The notes under the pieces: generated by a model | The model's input: only the letters and a program-made list of their open reading frames with translations | What the model was told of the DNA's origin: nothing | Databases searched by the model: none | IMG/VR virus record: IMGVR_UViG_3300037313_001572 | DNA from: a virus | Length of the DNA: 64,000 nt | Direction: 5' to 3' (one strand) | Position numbers and translations under genes: made by a program | Shown: in pieces, positions 10,901 through 18,609 of the stretch | Numbering within the stretch: position 1 is the first letter of the stretch | Layout of the letters: each line of letters opens with the position of its first letter

Positions 10901-13900
10901 CTGGCGATGGCGTCCAGCTGCTCGGCCGCGAAGTGTTTGCTGAGGTCGTATCCCTTTTTATACCCCATCTTTTCCCGGGCGTATTCGGCCAGGGGTTTTC
11001 CTACCTTGCGCTGAATTTCTTCCAGGGCGTGGCGTTGCGCGTCGGCAATGCCGGCGGGCGTCTCGATGCCGAAAGACGTTCCCTTCGACACGGGAACATA
11101 CGGCTTGTGAAACTGCGGTTTCTCCTCGTCGCTCTGAGCCTCGAGGGTTACCAGTCCCCGCTGCCCGCTCCCGCCGTGTTCAGCTGCTCCATTCCCCAAT
11201 CCGCCCTCTGGTCGCTCGGCAGGCTGTTCCACTCCTTCGCTGGAACTAGTTGCGGCTGGTTCTCGAGAAGCTGCTCCAGACTCATCGTTACCTCCTCCAC
11301 TGTTGGATTCCGCGGGAAATTGAGATGCAGGCCGTTTTTCTCCAGCCCCTCGACGACCGGCCAAAGCTGTTCGGACTCCAGCAAGGCTTTCGCCAAGCTC
11401 GTTGCGATGCTTTCCCTCGTCGTATTGGCCTGCTTGGATTCGGTCGTCATCGGTGCGGTTGAGTTCGGAGCGAAGTTCGCTCCACGTGTTCAAAATACGC
11501 GGCGGTTCCTGGTTTGGCAACTGGATAGGGGACTTGCCCTTTCCGGCGATCGTGATGATGTCCACCGGCCATCCGGCACCCTGTTTTTTGTAGAGGTCGC
11601 CGTTGACGGTGAAATGATCGACTACCTTGTATTGCTCGTAGAGACGCTTGAAGAACTCGCCCCGCTCGCCGCTGGCGTAGTGCTGTCGGCGCGCATTCGG
11701 GTCAATGGCTTGCGAACCTCCGATGATTAGCGAGGCGCGGCCATTGGGCGCAAGGTTCTGCAACGTATTCAGGACGATGGCATGGTCGATTTCACGCGTT
11801 TCGCCGCCGCCGGCCATAGGGAACATCGTCGCTTGGCCATTCTCGCCCTTGAGCACGCCGAATGGAGGGTTTTCGACAATGCGCGTAAACTCGCCGCTGA
11901 ATGGTTTGGTCGCGTCCTGGTCGGAGACGTCGAACCCCTGCGCCTTGAGTGCGGCTCGGCGGGTCGGGTCAATCTCGTTCGCCAGGACGTGCGCGGGATC
12001 CGCCTCGAGAAGCAGCGCGCCGTTGCCGGCGGTTGGCTCGAGTACGTACGTCTTCTCGTTCACTCCAGCGAGATGGCTTGCCAGGAATCCGAGTGGAATC
12101 GGGGTGCTGTATGCCTGGTTGATTTTACTGGCGCTCGTCTTGGCCGTGAGATTCGGCTGCCTGTTGTAGAGCTCAAGAAGGCGGTCGAAGACCTTTCCGG
12201 CATCGTGATTCTGGGCGCGTCCCTCCTCTACGATCATGCGGCCACGAATGACGACACCGTGCTCCGCCGCTTCGTCGATCTGCTTCACAGTAAGACCTGG
12301 ATGCTTCGCGGCGAGCTTTCCGAGGTCGTTTCTGTTGAGCGGGCCGTCTTTCAGTGCATCGGCCACGACGCTCGCGAGTCCCATGGCTGGCTTAATCTTT
12401 TCTGGCTTTTTCGACGGTTGGCTTAATTCGCCAGGCTCGTAGATGCTCTTCCAATCCGGCTCAGACGGCCCATCGGCACCGATGCCCTTCATGAAGAACC
12501 AGAACGATTGCGAGTAACCCTTGGCCTTCTCGCTGATGCGCCCCAGCGTTGTTGCGAGGTCTTCGGGCGATTTGATGCCGAGGCCTTCCAGCTTTTGCGC
12601 CATGGTGATGGCGTCCGCCATGCGCTCGGGCGGCAGCTTGGACGTGTAACCTGCTTCGGGGTTGGCTGCGTATAGATTGAATTGCGGGGTCTGCTCCTTC
12701 CATGCTTCGGGAATCGGCATGGTGTGGATGGGAGCCTTCCCGAAGTCTGGATTTTCAGCACGGTCAAGATGATCGCCCATTTCCATCTTTTCAGGATTGA
12801 GCTTATCAATCTGTCCGCGCTCCACCTTGCCGCCAACCTTCTCAGCCAGCTTGTTCGCAATGCGCGGAAGCATCACGTCGTAAAGGCTCTTCAGTCCTTC
12901 GCCTCCAACTTTGAGATCGGTGTTAGAATACGTCTGGGTTTTACCTTCTTGCGCGACGATTTTCTGTGCCAATTCCTTTCCGACAATGGCTTCTAGTTCA
13001 GACGGTGTTTGATCCGTGACATGAATTATCGGTTCGCTGTCGTTCCCTTTTTTGAACGCTTGGACATGGAATTGATTTTGGATACTCGACTTTGAGGCAA
13101 CGATTTTGGATATGGTATTGCTCAAGTCATACCGCTCCGTCTGCTGCTCGCCGGTAGTCCACCCAATCGCATCCGCGCCCTGGTCGATCGCGTCGCGGAT
13201 AGCCCGCTTCATGCCAATCTCATAGATGCGCTTGCGCAGTGGTTCAGGCATCTTCTGTTGCTCGGCCGCGCTCGGTCCCTGTATTTCCTCGATGAAGTAG
13301 GTTCGGCGCCCTTGGGAGTCCTCGCGGATGTTGCGGCGGATGCGGACAATCGGGTTGGCGATGTCGTTGTATTGGCTGTGCCCGTCGTGCCAGTTCTCCG
13401 ACGAATCGCGCTCGTTTCCACGAACCTGAATTTTAGAAAGCCTGTCCGCTTCCTTCAATTCTTCATCCATCCATCTGCCGCGCTTGGTTGCGGATTCTAC
13501 AAGCGCCTTAAGCTTCGACTGCGCCTCTGCGTGAGTGAGTCCGCTAGATGGCCACGTCACGAACTGCTCGCGGTAGCTGCCAGGTTCGGCGCCGGGGAGT
13601 TGGTATTGCGAGAAGCTGGCAGGCGTCCCGCGCGTAACTATTCCGCCAGCACCATCATCCATCGGCCTGCCATTCGCATCCAATACTCGCTGCTCTCCGC
13701 CCATCATAACATCCTGCACCTTGGCCTGTCGCTCAAGCGAGTAGTCCGTCAGTTCACTCTTGGTAACGCGCGAATCATCGGGCTTGCCGACGAGCGGGCT
13801 CAATGGGTCATCCAAAAGCCCCTGCTGCTTGATCTCGTCGGGTTTCGCGCCCTTTAGGATCGCCGCCCGCGCCTGCCCTACGGTCATCGTCGACTGCGGC

Positions 13901-16900
13901 AAGCTCTGGATGGTCTTGGTCAGCTTCGAAATGAAAACGGGCTTCTCTTCGTCTGGGTTGGCTGCGAACAGGTCGCCGAATCCCTTTTTTAGCTCGTCGG
14001 CCGCCTGGTCGAATTTGTCGCCCTGCTTTTTGCTGGCGATTTTCTTTTCCCGCTTATTGATGCGTTTCAGTTCGGCGTTTTGATGCGCCAAAATCTCATC
14101 ATCCATCTCTGGACGCGAGGGCTCGAGTTCGCGCTTTTTGTAGCGTCCCAGCTTCTCCTCGATGCCGTTTAGTAATTCGCGCACGTCCTTAGACAGAGTC
14201 CCCAGCTTTTCCCGCAGCCACTTCAAAAGGTTGTCCAGGAACTTGTAGCTGGATTCAGTGAGGTTTTCCGGGCCCTCGAGAAGCACTCGCGCCGCCTCGG
14301 CCGCGCGCTGGAATTCGTTCAGCCCTTCCCATTCCGGACCATAGATTTCACCGGTCTTCTCCATCAGTTCCTTGTCTCCGTTGAGACTGAGCAGCCGTTG
14401 CATGTTGGCCGTGCTTTCCTTGGCGTACTTCACGGTGCCAAGGTGGATAATTTCGTGCGCTACGGCTCGCTTCACCCACTTGGATGCCTCTTCCTTTCCG
14501 AGTTTGGAGACCGCCGCGGCAAATTTCTCTTTGTCGATGACGATACGTCCGCTGTTGGAGTCGGTGATGATTCCGCTTTTTGCCGGCGTCTCTCGGAAAA
14601 TGAATTCGTCCGGGTGCCCAAGGGCATCCAGTTCGGATTTGTGCAGCTTCAGCGCGGCATTGGCCAGTGCTACCGCGTAGTTTTTCTGTCCCTCGGTCGG
14701 TTTTTCCTCTGCCTCTGCCTTGGCCTTTTCAATCGCGGCATTTCGCTCTTTCTCCGTGGAGATTTGTTTCTCCTTCTGGAATTTATCGCGAGTCTCCTGC
14801 AGCTTCGCCTTGGCCTTTTCGGGTGTCAGTTCGGCATCGGACAGTGAGAAGTTTCCGCCGGTCTTTTCGTCTTTGAAAGCGTGCAACCCTTGGTCGCCTT
14901 TACCTTGGTATGTCGCTCCGATTTCCTTGGCGATCGACTCTGGATTGACGTTAGATGAATTTATGGCACTATTCGGCTCATGGGACGCCCTTCCACTGGT
15001 GGACACATCCGCCGATTTCCTCGCCATAATACTTCCTATCGCCTTATAAGCGTCGTCGTTGACGGTGTCAGGCGACAACGGTTTGAACACCGAATTGTTA
15101 TGGAGAAAGCTCTTGGAAGAAAGCTCTCCTCCAAGGAGGTCGTTCACCATCGCGACGGGAATGGACTTAACAACTCCATCGGAAATCTTGAGATCATTTC
15201 CCAGCGGGAGCATGTTCAAATTCACCGGTTCGGACGACTTCGATGGCCGCTGGATGAGGCCATTGAGCTTCGCAAGCAGGGATTTACCATCGCTGCGATT
15301 GCTGCCCGATACAAAGTGACCTACGCCAGCATCCAGCGCGCTTTTAAGCGCAGAGGACTCCTCGGGCGTTACGTGAAGACCGTTCGCATTCGAGACGCTG
15401 CCACCGGAAGGATTCTCGGCAGGAAGACGCTCCCCGCGTGATCTCTGCACGCGAGTCGACATTGCCCACTGCTTGAACATCTCAAGCGAAGGAAATTCCG
15501 CGATGCTATGAATGCCGGGAACCTTCGAGTAATTCGATGCGTAAAGCTCGTGCGCTTCCTTTTTTGATCCTACGCCGATTACGGCCTTCGCCTCGTCGTA
15601 TGTTCCATCCGGTTTATTTTGGTTCACGACAAACACGGGCCCCTTGTAGTCCAAGGGCGTGCCGGGCTTGATGAAGGTATCGATGTGGTCGCCGTCGTTT
15701 CCTTCCGTTCCGCGGATGTAGCCGTAGTGCGCCGTGAGCGGCGGCCACTCCGGGCGCCGACTGCTGCCGGCCGGGTTCTCGATCGAAATATCCATACCGC
15801 CAAGGCGCAGATGCCCCTTGGCGTAGTTTCCGGCCTTCTTTTGCCCCTCGGTGGGGTGCTCGAGTTCGTTCTTGGTCGAGGTTGCGGCTTCGTGCGCCGC
15901 CTGGTCTACGGTTTCTTTCGGCGCCGTGGCGGATGCGCCAGTCGCTCCAGTGGATTGTTGCTGACGTGCTCCGGAAGGCTGCTGGGATCCGGCGTTTCCT
16001 TGGCCCACTTCTCCGCCTTGTCCTTCATTTCCTGCCCCAGTGCTCCCGAGAACGCTGCTCTCATTTGCGCTTTGCTCTTGAACGGCATTACCTGGTCCTT
16101 TCGTTGGTTGCTGGCCTCGAGGTGCCGCCCCCTGTGGCTCCGTAGTGACATTCGTGGGCGGCACCTCTTCTTGGTTTTCTACGGACGGCGATTTACCGAT
16201 GGCCCGAACGATATCGTCATTGTTCAGTCCCAGTTTGGTAAGTTTGTCGGTCGCCTCGGCGTGCGACATCGTTCCGGCCATGACAGCCTTTTGAATTGCC
16301 TCCTTGCCTTCCACTTCTGGCGATGGCGGCTGCTGTTGCGTTCCCGTAGTTTCCGCGGCCGGCCCGCCAACGGCAGGCGTAGTCGGCTCGGGCTGACCTC
16401 CGCCGCCGGACTCTCCCGGATTGGTCTCGATCTTGGCCGTGGTCAACGGAGTTCCTTCGCGCTTCCCAAATTCCGGGATGAATGCCTGCTTGGCGGTGAT
16501 GCCCTTGATGGTCGACGAATCAAATTGGCCGGTGGCCTTCATCTGCTTCGCCTGCTCGCCGATGGCATTGAATACCGCCTGTTCGGTCTTCGAAAGAGGC
16601 GCGGAATTGGTATTGGCCGCCTGGTTGCTGTCCAGACCCATCTTATTGAAGGCCTCGGCTACCTGCTGCGGAGTCAGTTCCGCATCCAATGGTACGCCCA
16701 CCATGTTGCGCATCTGGGCGCGCGTGAACATGCTGGCGATGTCCTGGCTGGAGTAGTCCTTGAACTTGATGTTGTGCCCGGCGGTGATGATGCCGAGTGC
16801 GATGTTCGTCGCCATGCTCTTCAGTGTCGGACTCTGCACCTGGTCATGCTGGATACCCAGCTGATCGGCCAAAGCATTGCTGGCGTAGTCGAACAGCGGG

Positions 16901-18606
16901 CGAATCGCTCCCTCGAATACTGCGCCGCCGGCCGCGCCGCCGGCCGCGATCTTGCCAACCAGCTTCGCCGCCGCGACCGTTCCGCCCACTTGTTTTGCGA
17001 TCTGGGCGGCCTTGTAGACGTTGCTCACCGCTTCCGGCGCGTTGGCGCTCATGCCTACCAGTTCACCGGCCGCATCAAACATCGGATGCAGCTGCGCAGA
17101 CGAGTTGAGGCTCTTGATGGTGTCCGAGTAGTCGGCCAGCTTGTCCAAGGCCTTACGCGCGGCAAAGGCGGCAATGGTGCCCGTGGTCAGGCCGCCAAGT
17201 GCGCCGCCAATGAGTTCCGGTATGCCGGTCTCGCCTGCTCCTGGAATCGCAGCGCCGGCCGCCGCTCCAAGTTTCGCTCCCGGTATGGATCCAGCCCAGA
17301 AAGCCGCTCCAATTCCGCCGCCATGCAGCAAGGCTTTCAACTCCTGCGCGCCGCCGGCGGCCTGCTGCAGGGCTTGATACTTGTCCTGCGCTGCCTGGAA
17401 GTCGGGCAAATGTTGCTGCGCCCACTCCGGAGACACCAGATGATCATTTACGGCCTGACGAAGACCATCCGCCATGTTCTGCGGCTGGAAGTGAACCCCG
17501 CTGGCATCATCGTAGGTGTACGGCTTGTTGCCCGCCCGTGCATCGGTCAAAGCCTTGTTCAGCTGGTCAATTTGCTCCGGAGCAAGCGCCGGACTCGAAC
17601 CGGCCGCACTGGGATTATGAGCCCCAAGCGTATCCTGATCTTGCCCCGGAGGAGGTAGCGCCCCAAAATCTTGCGCGCGACCTACGGCCACGTCCGCGCG
17701 CTGGTGTAAAAGGTTAGACTGCTGGGCGGTCTGCTGGTCGATATGCTGCGACCGCTCGGCAATCAAATCCTTCAGGCTGCTCATCTGGTCGAGCAGCTGA
17801 TGAGCCTTTGCCTTCTGCTGGTCGTAGCCATTGCGCAGAATAGTGGCTTGCGGAGAGAAATCGCCGGATCCAAACCAGCCCGACTTTTCATTCGCCTCTG
17901 GTGCCGCGTAGAGGTCGTTAAAATGGCTGTCGATCGCTTTATGGGCGTCGTCGAGCGAGGTGTCGTCCGGCTGGTTCTGGAGGGACGGCACCATGCCGAA
18001 AAGCCCCTTCTGCATCGCCTTGTATTGAGTCTGGTCGCGATGCAGCTGGCGCTCGTCCACGGTCAGCTGTCGACCGAGGGCCTCGGAGGCATCCTTTACG
18101 GCCTTCTGCTTTTCCTGTTCGAGCGCGGCCGCGGTGGCCTGCTCGTCCTGGCCGAGATATTTCCACCCCAATCCCTTTCGAATTCGGTATTTAGCGCCCG
18201 TGTCTTGATCGATCGTAGTTGGGACATCCTTGAAGGCATCCTCCACGGCCGGCGCGCCGCCATACTCGTTGGGAGTTACCTGCACCGGGTTACCCTGGCT
18301 GTCGTATCCGACATTCGCCGCCTTATTGTAGTGCGAGACCGGTGTTCCGGTCGCGTCTGTTACCGGCTGGACGTTCCCCTTGTCGTCGGTGTAGATCGCA
18401 TTCCCCTGCGCGGCAAGGTCGCGGCCCTTCATCCGGTTTACCGTCTGCTGCGCTTGCTGCTGAACGCGTTGCGTGGATACCTGGCGTTCCTCTGTCTGGA
18501 ACGGGGTTTCGCCGGGAAGCGGAGGATTGGACGCGTAATCGCGCTCCACATCGCCTACTTCACCCGGCACATTGAGCAGCGCGTCGAGTGGGTTGTTCGA
18601 GTCCAT
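4993..18606 (-). CDS. Giant polyvalent virion/ejection protein, DarB-like (4537 aa): Gly/Ala hydrophobic N-region, inorganic-pyrophosphatase-like domain, zincin, N6-adenine MTase, Strawberry-notch SF2 helicase, KOW-like, helical C-terminus
   Basis: GNYAKGH..ISIENPAGS..HYGYIRGTEGNDGDHID (~15465-15910); HEIIH (~14445); VLEPTAGNG (~12030) and NPPF (11860-11871); GDMAGVGKGR (~10845), DESH (~10413), SGSTGISAH and TLGRIFRSGQ (~9100-9240). Confidence 0.85.
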   Translation of the reverse strand: MDSNNPLDALLNVPGEVGDVERDYASNPPLPGETPFQTEERQVSTQRVQQQAQQTVNRMKGRDLAAQGNAIYTDDKGNVQPVTDATGTPVSHYNKAANVGYDSQGNPVQVTPNEYGGAPAVEDAFKDVPTTIDQDTGAKYRIRKGLGWKYLGQDEQATAAALEQEKQKAVKDASEALGRQLTVDERQLHRDQTQYKAMQKGLFGMVPSLQNQPDDTSLDDAHKAIDSHFNDLYAAPEANEKSGWFGSGDFSPQATILRNGYDQQKAKAHQLLDQMSSLKDLIAERSQHIDQQTAQQSNLLHQRADVAVGRAQDFGALPPPGQDQDTLGAHNPSAAGSSPALAPEQIDQLNKALTDARAGNKPYTYDDASGVHFQPQNMADGLRQAVNDHLVSPEWAQQHLPDFQAAQDKYQALQQAAGGAQELKALLHGGGIGAAFWAGSIPGAKLGAAAGAAIPGAGETGIPELIGGALGGLTTGTIAAFAARKALDKLADYSDTIKSLNSSAQLHPMFDAAGELVGMSANAPEAVSNVYKAAQIAKQVGGTVAAAKLVGKIAAGGAAGGAVFEGAIRPLFDYASNALADQLGIQHDQVQSPTLKSMATNIALGIITAGHNIKFKDYSSQDIASMFTRAQMRNMVGVPLDAELTPQQVAEAFNKMGLDSNQAANTNSAPLSKTEQAVFNAIGEQAKQMKATGQFDSSTIKGITAKQAFIPEFGKREGTPLTTAKIETNPGESGGGGQPEPTTPAVGGPAAETTGTQQQPPSPEVEGKEAIQKAVMAGTMSHAEATDKLTKLGLNNDDIVRAIGKSPSVENQEEVPPTNVTTEPQGAAPRGQQPTKGPGNAVQEQSANESSVLGSTGAGNEGQGGEVGQGNAGSQQPSGARQQQSTGATGASATAPKETVDQAAHEAATSTKNELEHPTEGQKKAGNYAKGHLRLGGMDISIENPAGSSRRPEWPPLTAHYGYIRGTEGNDGDHIDTFIKPGTPLDYKGPVFVVNQNKPDGTYDEAKAVIGVGSKKEAHELYASNYSKVPGIHSIAEFPSLEMFKQWAMSTRVQRSRGERLPAENPSGGSVSNANGLHVTPEESSALKSALDAGVGHFVSGSNRSDGKSLLAKLNGLIQRPSKSSEPVNLNMLPLGNDLKISDGVVKSIPVAMVNDLLGGELSSKSFLHNNSVFKPLSPDTVNDDAYKAIGSIMARKSADVSTSGRASHEPNSAINSSNVNPESIAKEIGATYQGKGDQGLHAFKDEKTGGNFSLSDAELTPEKAKAKLQETRDKFQKEKQISTEKERNAAIEKAKAEAEEKPTEGQKNYAVALANAALKLHKSELDALGHPDEFIFRETPAKSGIITDSNSGRIVIDKEKFAAAVSKLGKEEASKWVKRAVAHEIIHLGTVKYAKESTANMQRLLSLNGDKELMEKTGEIYGPEWEGLNEFQRAAEAARVLLEGPENLTESSYKFLDNLLKWLREKLGTLSKDVRELLNGIEEKLGRYKKRELEPSRPEMDDEILAHQNAELKRINKREKKIASKKQGDKFDQAADELKKGFGDLFAANPDEEKPVFISKLTKTIQSLPQSTMTVGQARAAILKGAKPDEIKQQGLLDDPLSPLVGKPDDSRVTKSELTDYSLERQAKVQDVMMGGEQRVLDANGRPMDDGAGGIVTRGTPASFSQYQLPGAEPGSYREQFVTWPSSGLTHAEAQSKLKALVESATKRGRWMDEELKEADRLSKIQVRGNERDSSENWHDGHSQYNDIANPIVRIRRNIREDSQGRRTYFIEEIQGPSAAEQQKMPEPLRKRIYEIGMKRAIRDAIDQGADAIGWTTGEQQTERYDLSNTISKIVASKSSIQNQFHVQAFKKGNDSEPIIHVTDQTPSELEAIVGKELAQKIVAQEGKTQTYSNTDLKVGGEGLKSLYDVMLPRIANKLAEKVGGKVERGQIDKLNPEKMEMGDHLDRAENPDFGKAPIHTMPIPEAWKEQTPQFNLYAANPEAGYTSKLPPERMADAITMAQKLEGLGIKSPEDLATTLGRISEKAKGYSQSFWFFMKGIGADGPSEPDWKSIYEPGELSQPSKKPEKIKPAMGLASVVADALKDGPLNRNDLGKLAAKHPGLTVKQIDEAAEHGVVIRGRMIVEEGRAQNHDAGKVFDRLLELYNRQPNLTAKTSASKINQAYSTPIPLGFLASHLAGVNEKTYVLEPTAGNGALLLEADPAHVLANEIDPTRRAALKAQGFDVSDQDATKPFSGEFTRIVENPPFGVLKGENGQATMFPMAGGGETREIDHAIVLNTLQNLAPNGRASLIIGGSQAIDPNARRQHYASGERGEFFKRLYEQYKVVDHFTVNGDLYKKQGAGWPVDIITIAGKGKSPIQLPNQEPPRILNTWSELRSELNRTDDDRIQAGQYDEGKHRNELGESLAGVRTALAGRRGAGEKRPASQFPAESNSGGGNDESGAASREPAATSSSEGVEQPAERPEGGLGNGAAEHGGSGQRGLVTLEAQSDEEKPQFHKPYVPVSKGTSFGIETPAGIADAQRHALEEIQRKVGKPLAEYAREKMGYKKGYDLSKHFAAEQLDAIASAIHNIETAGALVLGDMAGVGKGRVVAGLIEYAKRNGFLPIFVTKDEALFSAMLGDFHNIGRTVNPLFTNNNLNILHPITDAEIKTRDMNPTMELIAKDGQMPHGHDAVFTSYHQLGKDFAKGETAEERRAAMRAGRLPLPGKRTAALNALVARNRVLFLLDESHLAAGESIQGGRLLKMLENPNARAYYSSATFAKRPDSMPLYFKTNLSKAAGSAKNLMEVFKRGGVVMQQVASQMLAQDGQYIRRERSYDGVPFETRINTDTEERDRKLANEYTRGLRTILDMSNRVKDAVKSMNAIMVRAGKKMDISTIKMEAADFASQIHNFVSQYLFAIKAEAAAQQAIQAIKVGHQTKDGTVKSHKVIVAVQNTMEQPIKGLHQEGLTLEFGSLLVRTLNGLRRVKTRGSESAGTAEYTHIGRKPDPRFKNDSDDNLVAQLIKVETISTDEGPKQIGVVVPEVAAEVFRRIANDAFLDAEAELKQLNLGGMPLSPIDHIRQRVQDEGIKTAEITGRTTGIDKYGAVYEREPEDSTKRGQLAALKDFNNGDTHLLVINQSGSTGISAHSDKTFKNHSPRMMVIAQPHLDINEFTQTLGRIFRSGQVELPRYQLLQTALPAEKRPAAILGKKMASLNANTTSNTDSEVSHGTNVVDVFNEYGDAVVYKYLADNPKFLKDLQYPKIVDKDGKLAPIKDILDDMEEDGKLARNVASYAGLLPVEEQEMFWDDVLNRYTAQIKYLDQIGENKLRAAAADLGAETVSSKVFTPGDPNGKSSFDAPSHMEMVKVKPKQTPLEPAEVMKQAHDIAIRRPKIIADYKKQSSEWVEKYLEKRKEKSISDWATQEQRERERLRNQYAEVWAQLGRLGNPVIINTSNGKKVGAITNVEIDPDAPVTPSKVIFTVANNTLRREMKIPASQMAERLVDMDPDQFDVQYNASREDKAQRVIITGNLIAAYAKLQWRGAVTLYTKSDGSVATGILMPGDYDPNAVERENIRDVGHALDVLRNGQEISSSDGKVRIALKGGKYLLEVPSSKQAGGKFWQDPAVNRAMKNGFEQKGQWMVGEISNLGEVVGIMDRLGATLGYRPNSGTELAAADPSKIKVGDRVNVYKKPGTITSIKGKKMTVSLDEGGVIPAHVDNVTPIPAETPEAKAAAAAKASTNKPAGVSASSIAEDIGRQKEEAKKKLSDVIAGAKAVYGSAKSFFTQLAPVTDYLKAKGEWLGTGALDDPRSTGRQKSDYEVRQMERAINSKFSPAEQEAITNFIQAGGDKSTLQQRAGASSPSLAPGYEAAAKLSGEPLKFVDEVKSFYAAKAKQAQEAGILDDLLTDYVNQMWDRRNDPSYAAQNARNRNLGDVVGPGRLNTRFENAFERIHESYFAGEQKGLKPFTKKIGKLMALWAESFNRVMQNRAFIKLLLHEINATDGRPAATISGYAKPVSDSGGDALLVTPRGKSDETADYVRIENPALRGWKWVHVDPVTGTNTFVKGDILIHPEIAGDLKRTLGKSAIQNTPIIRQLRNLQFAVKQTLLSMSAFHFVQEGTHALGHTINPFHPVQIDINDQTQRELINSGLMIASHEARRDFMEGVAGGGLIDKLPVIGKMNQELNAFLFEDYIPRLKMTMAIEALKRNLARFEDDIKAGKITRQQILFKTAQQSNDAFGEQNYRMMGRSQTFQDILRLGLLAPDFLESRLKFAADATTKYGSEQRRALLILAATMFLTAKLAEKALTGDYDWRHPFSVTYKGREYKLRSVPGDMIDLFADTRRFIYGRISPIISRGIIEGLTGRDWRGQKRSFGEQLGDMLKAPVPIAIRGIIDKRTDINPGEELAGATGLSIKRHSDITETRVAGRDYQVAHGKANPDEVFPPSKYQKLKYALEDGNESKARQAFDELAKQEGRDQVMQGFRKSLLRPFSGGRETEQDFVKGLSQHQRTVYNRATAKQAVMMAMLQRISAAASVTEAPSKPKHIFTGFHS
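11148..11450 (-). CDS. Candidate nested gene in the +1 frame of the giant ORF (100 aa, or 45 aa from ATG 11285)
   Basis: Protein-like acidic helical sequence while the host frame here reads as a G/R/A/E/S-rich shadow; ATG at 11285 is preceded by GGAGGAGGT. Confidence 0.45.
   Translation of the reverse strand: MTTESKQANTTRESIATSLAKALLESEQLWPVVEGLEKNGLHLNFPRNPTVEEVTMSLEQLLENQPQLVPAKEWNSLPSDQRADWGMEQLNTAGAGSGDW
14980..15441 (+). CDS. HNH homing endonuclease (HNH_3-like + C-terminal HTH), nested antisense in the giant ORF
   Basis: EHRIVMEKALGRKLSSKEVVHHRDGNGLNNSIGNL..H motif; C-terminal helix-turn-helix-like LRKQGFTIAAIAARYKVTYASI. Confidence 0.85.
   Translation: MGRPSTGGHIRRFPRHNTSYRLISVVVDGVRRQRFEHRIVMEKALGRKLSSKEVVHHRDGNGLNNSIGNLEIISQREHVQIHRFGRLRWPLDEAIELRKQGFTIAAIAARYKVTYASIQRAFKRRGLLGRYVKTVRIRDAATGRILGRKTLPA
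15906..16088 (-). CDS. Nested 60-aa 'MPFKSKAQ' small phage protein in the +1 frame of the giant ORF
   Basis: MPFKSKAQMRAAF..AEKWAKETP..SLPEHV matches a recurring small phage protein pattern (from recall); AAGGA 7-8 nt upstream of ATG 16088. Confidence 0.6.
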   Translation of the reverse strand: MPFKSKAQMRAAFSGALGQEMKDKAEKWAKETPDPSSLPEHVSNNPLERLAHPPRRRKKP

Positions 18607-18609
18607 TGA

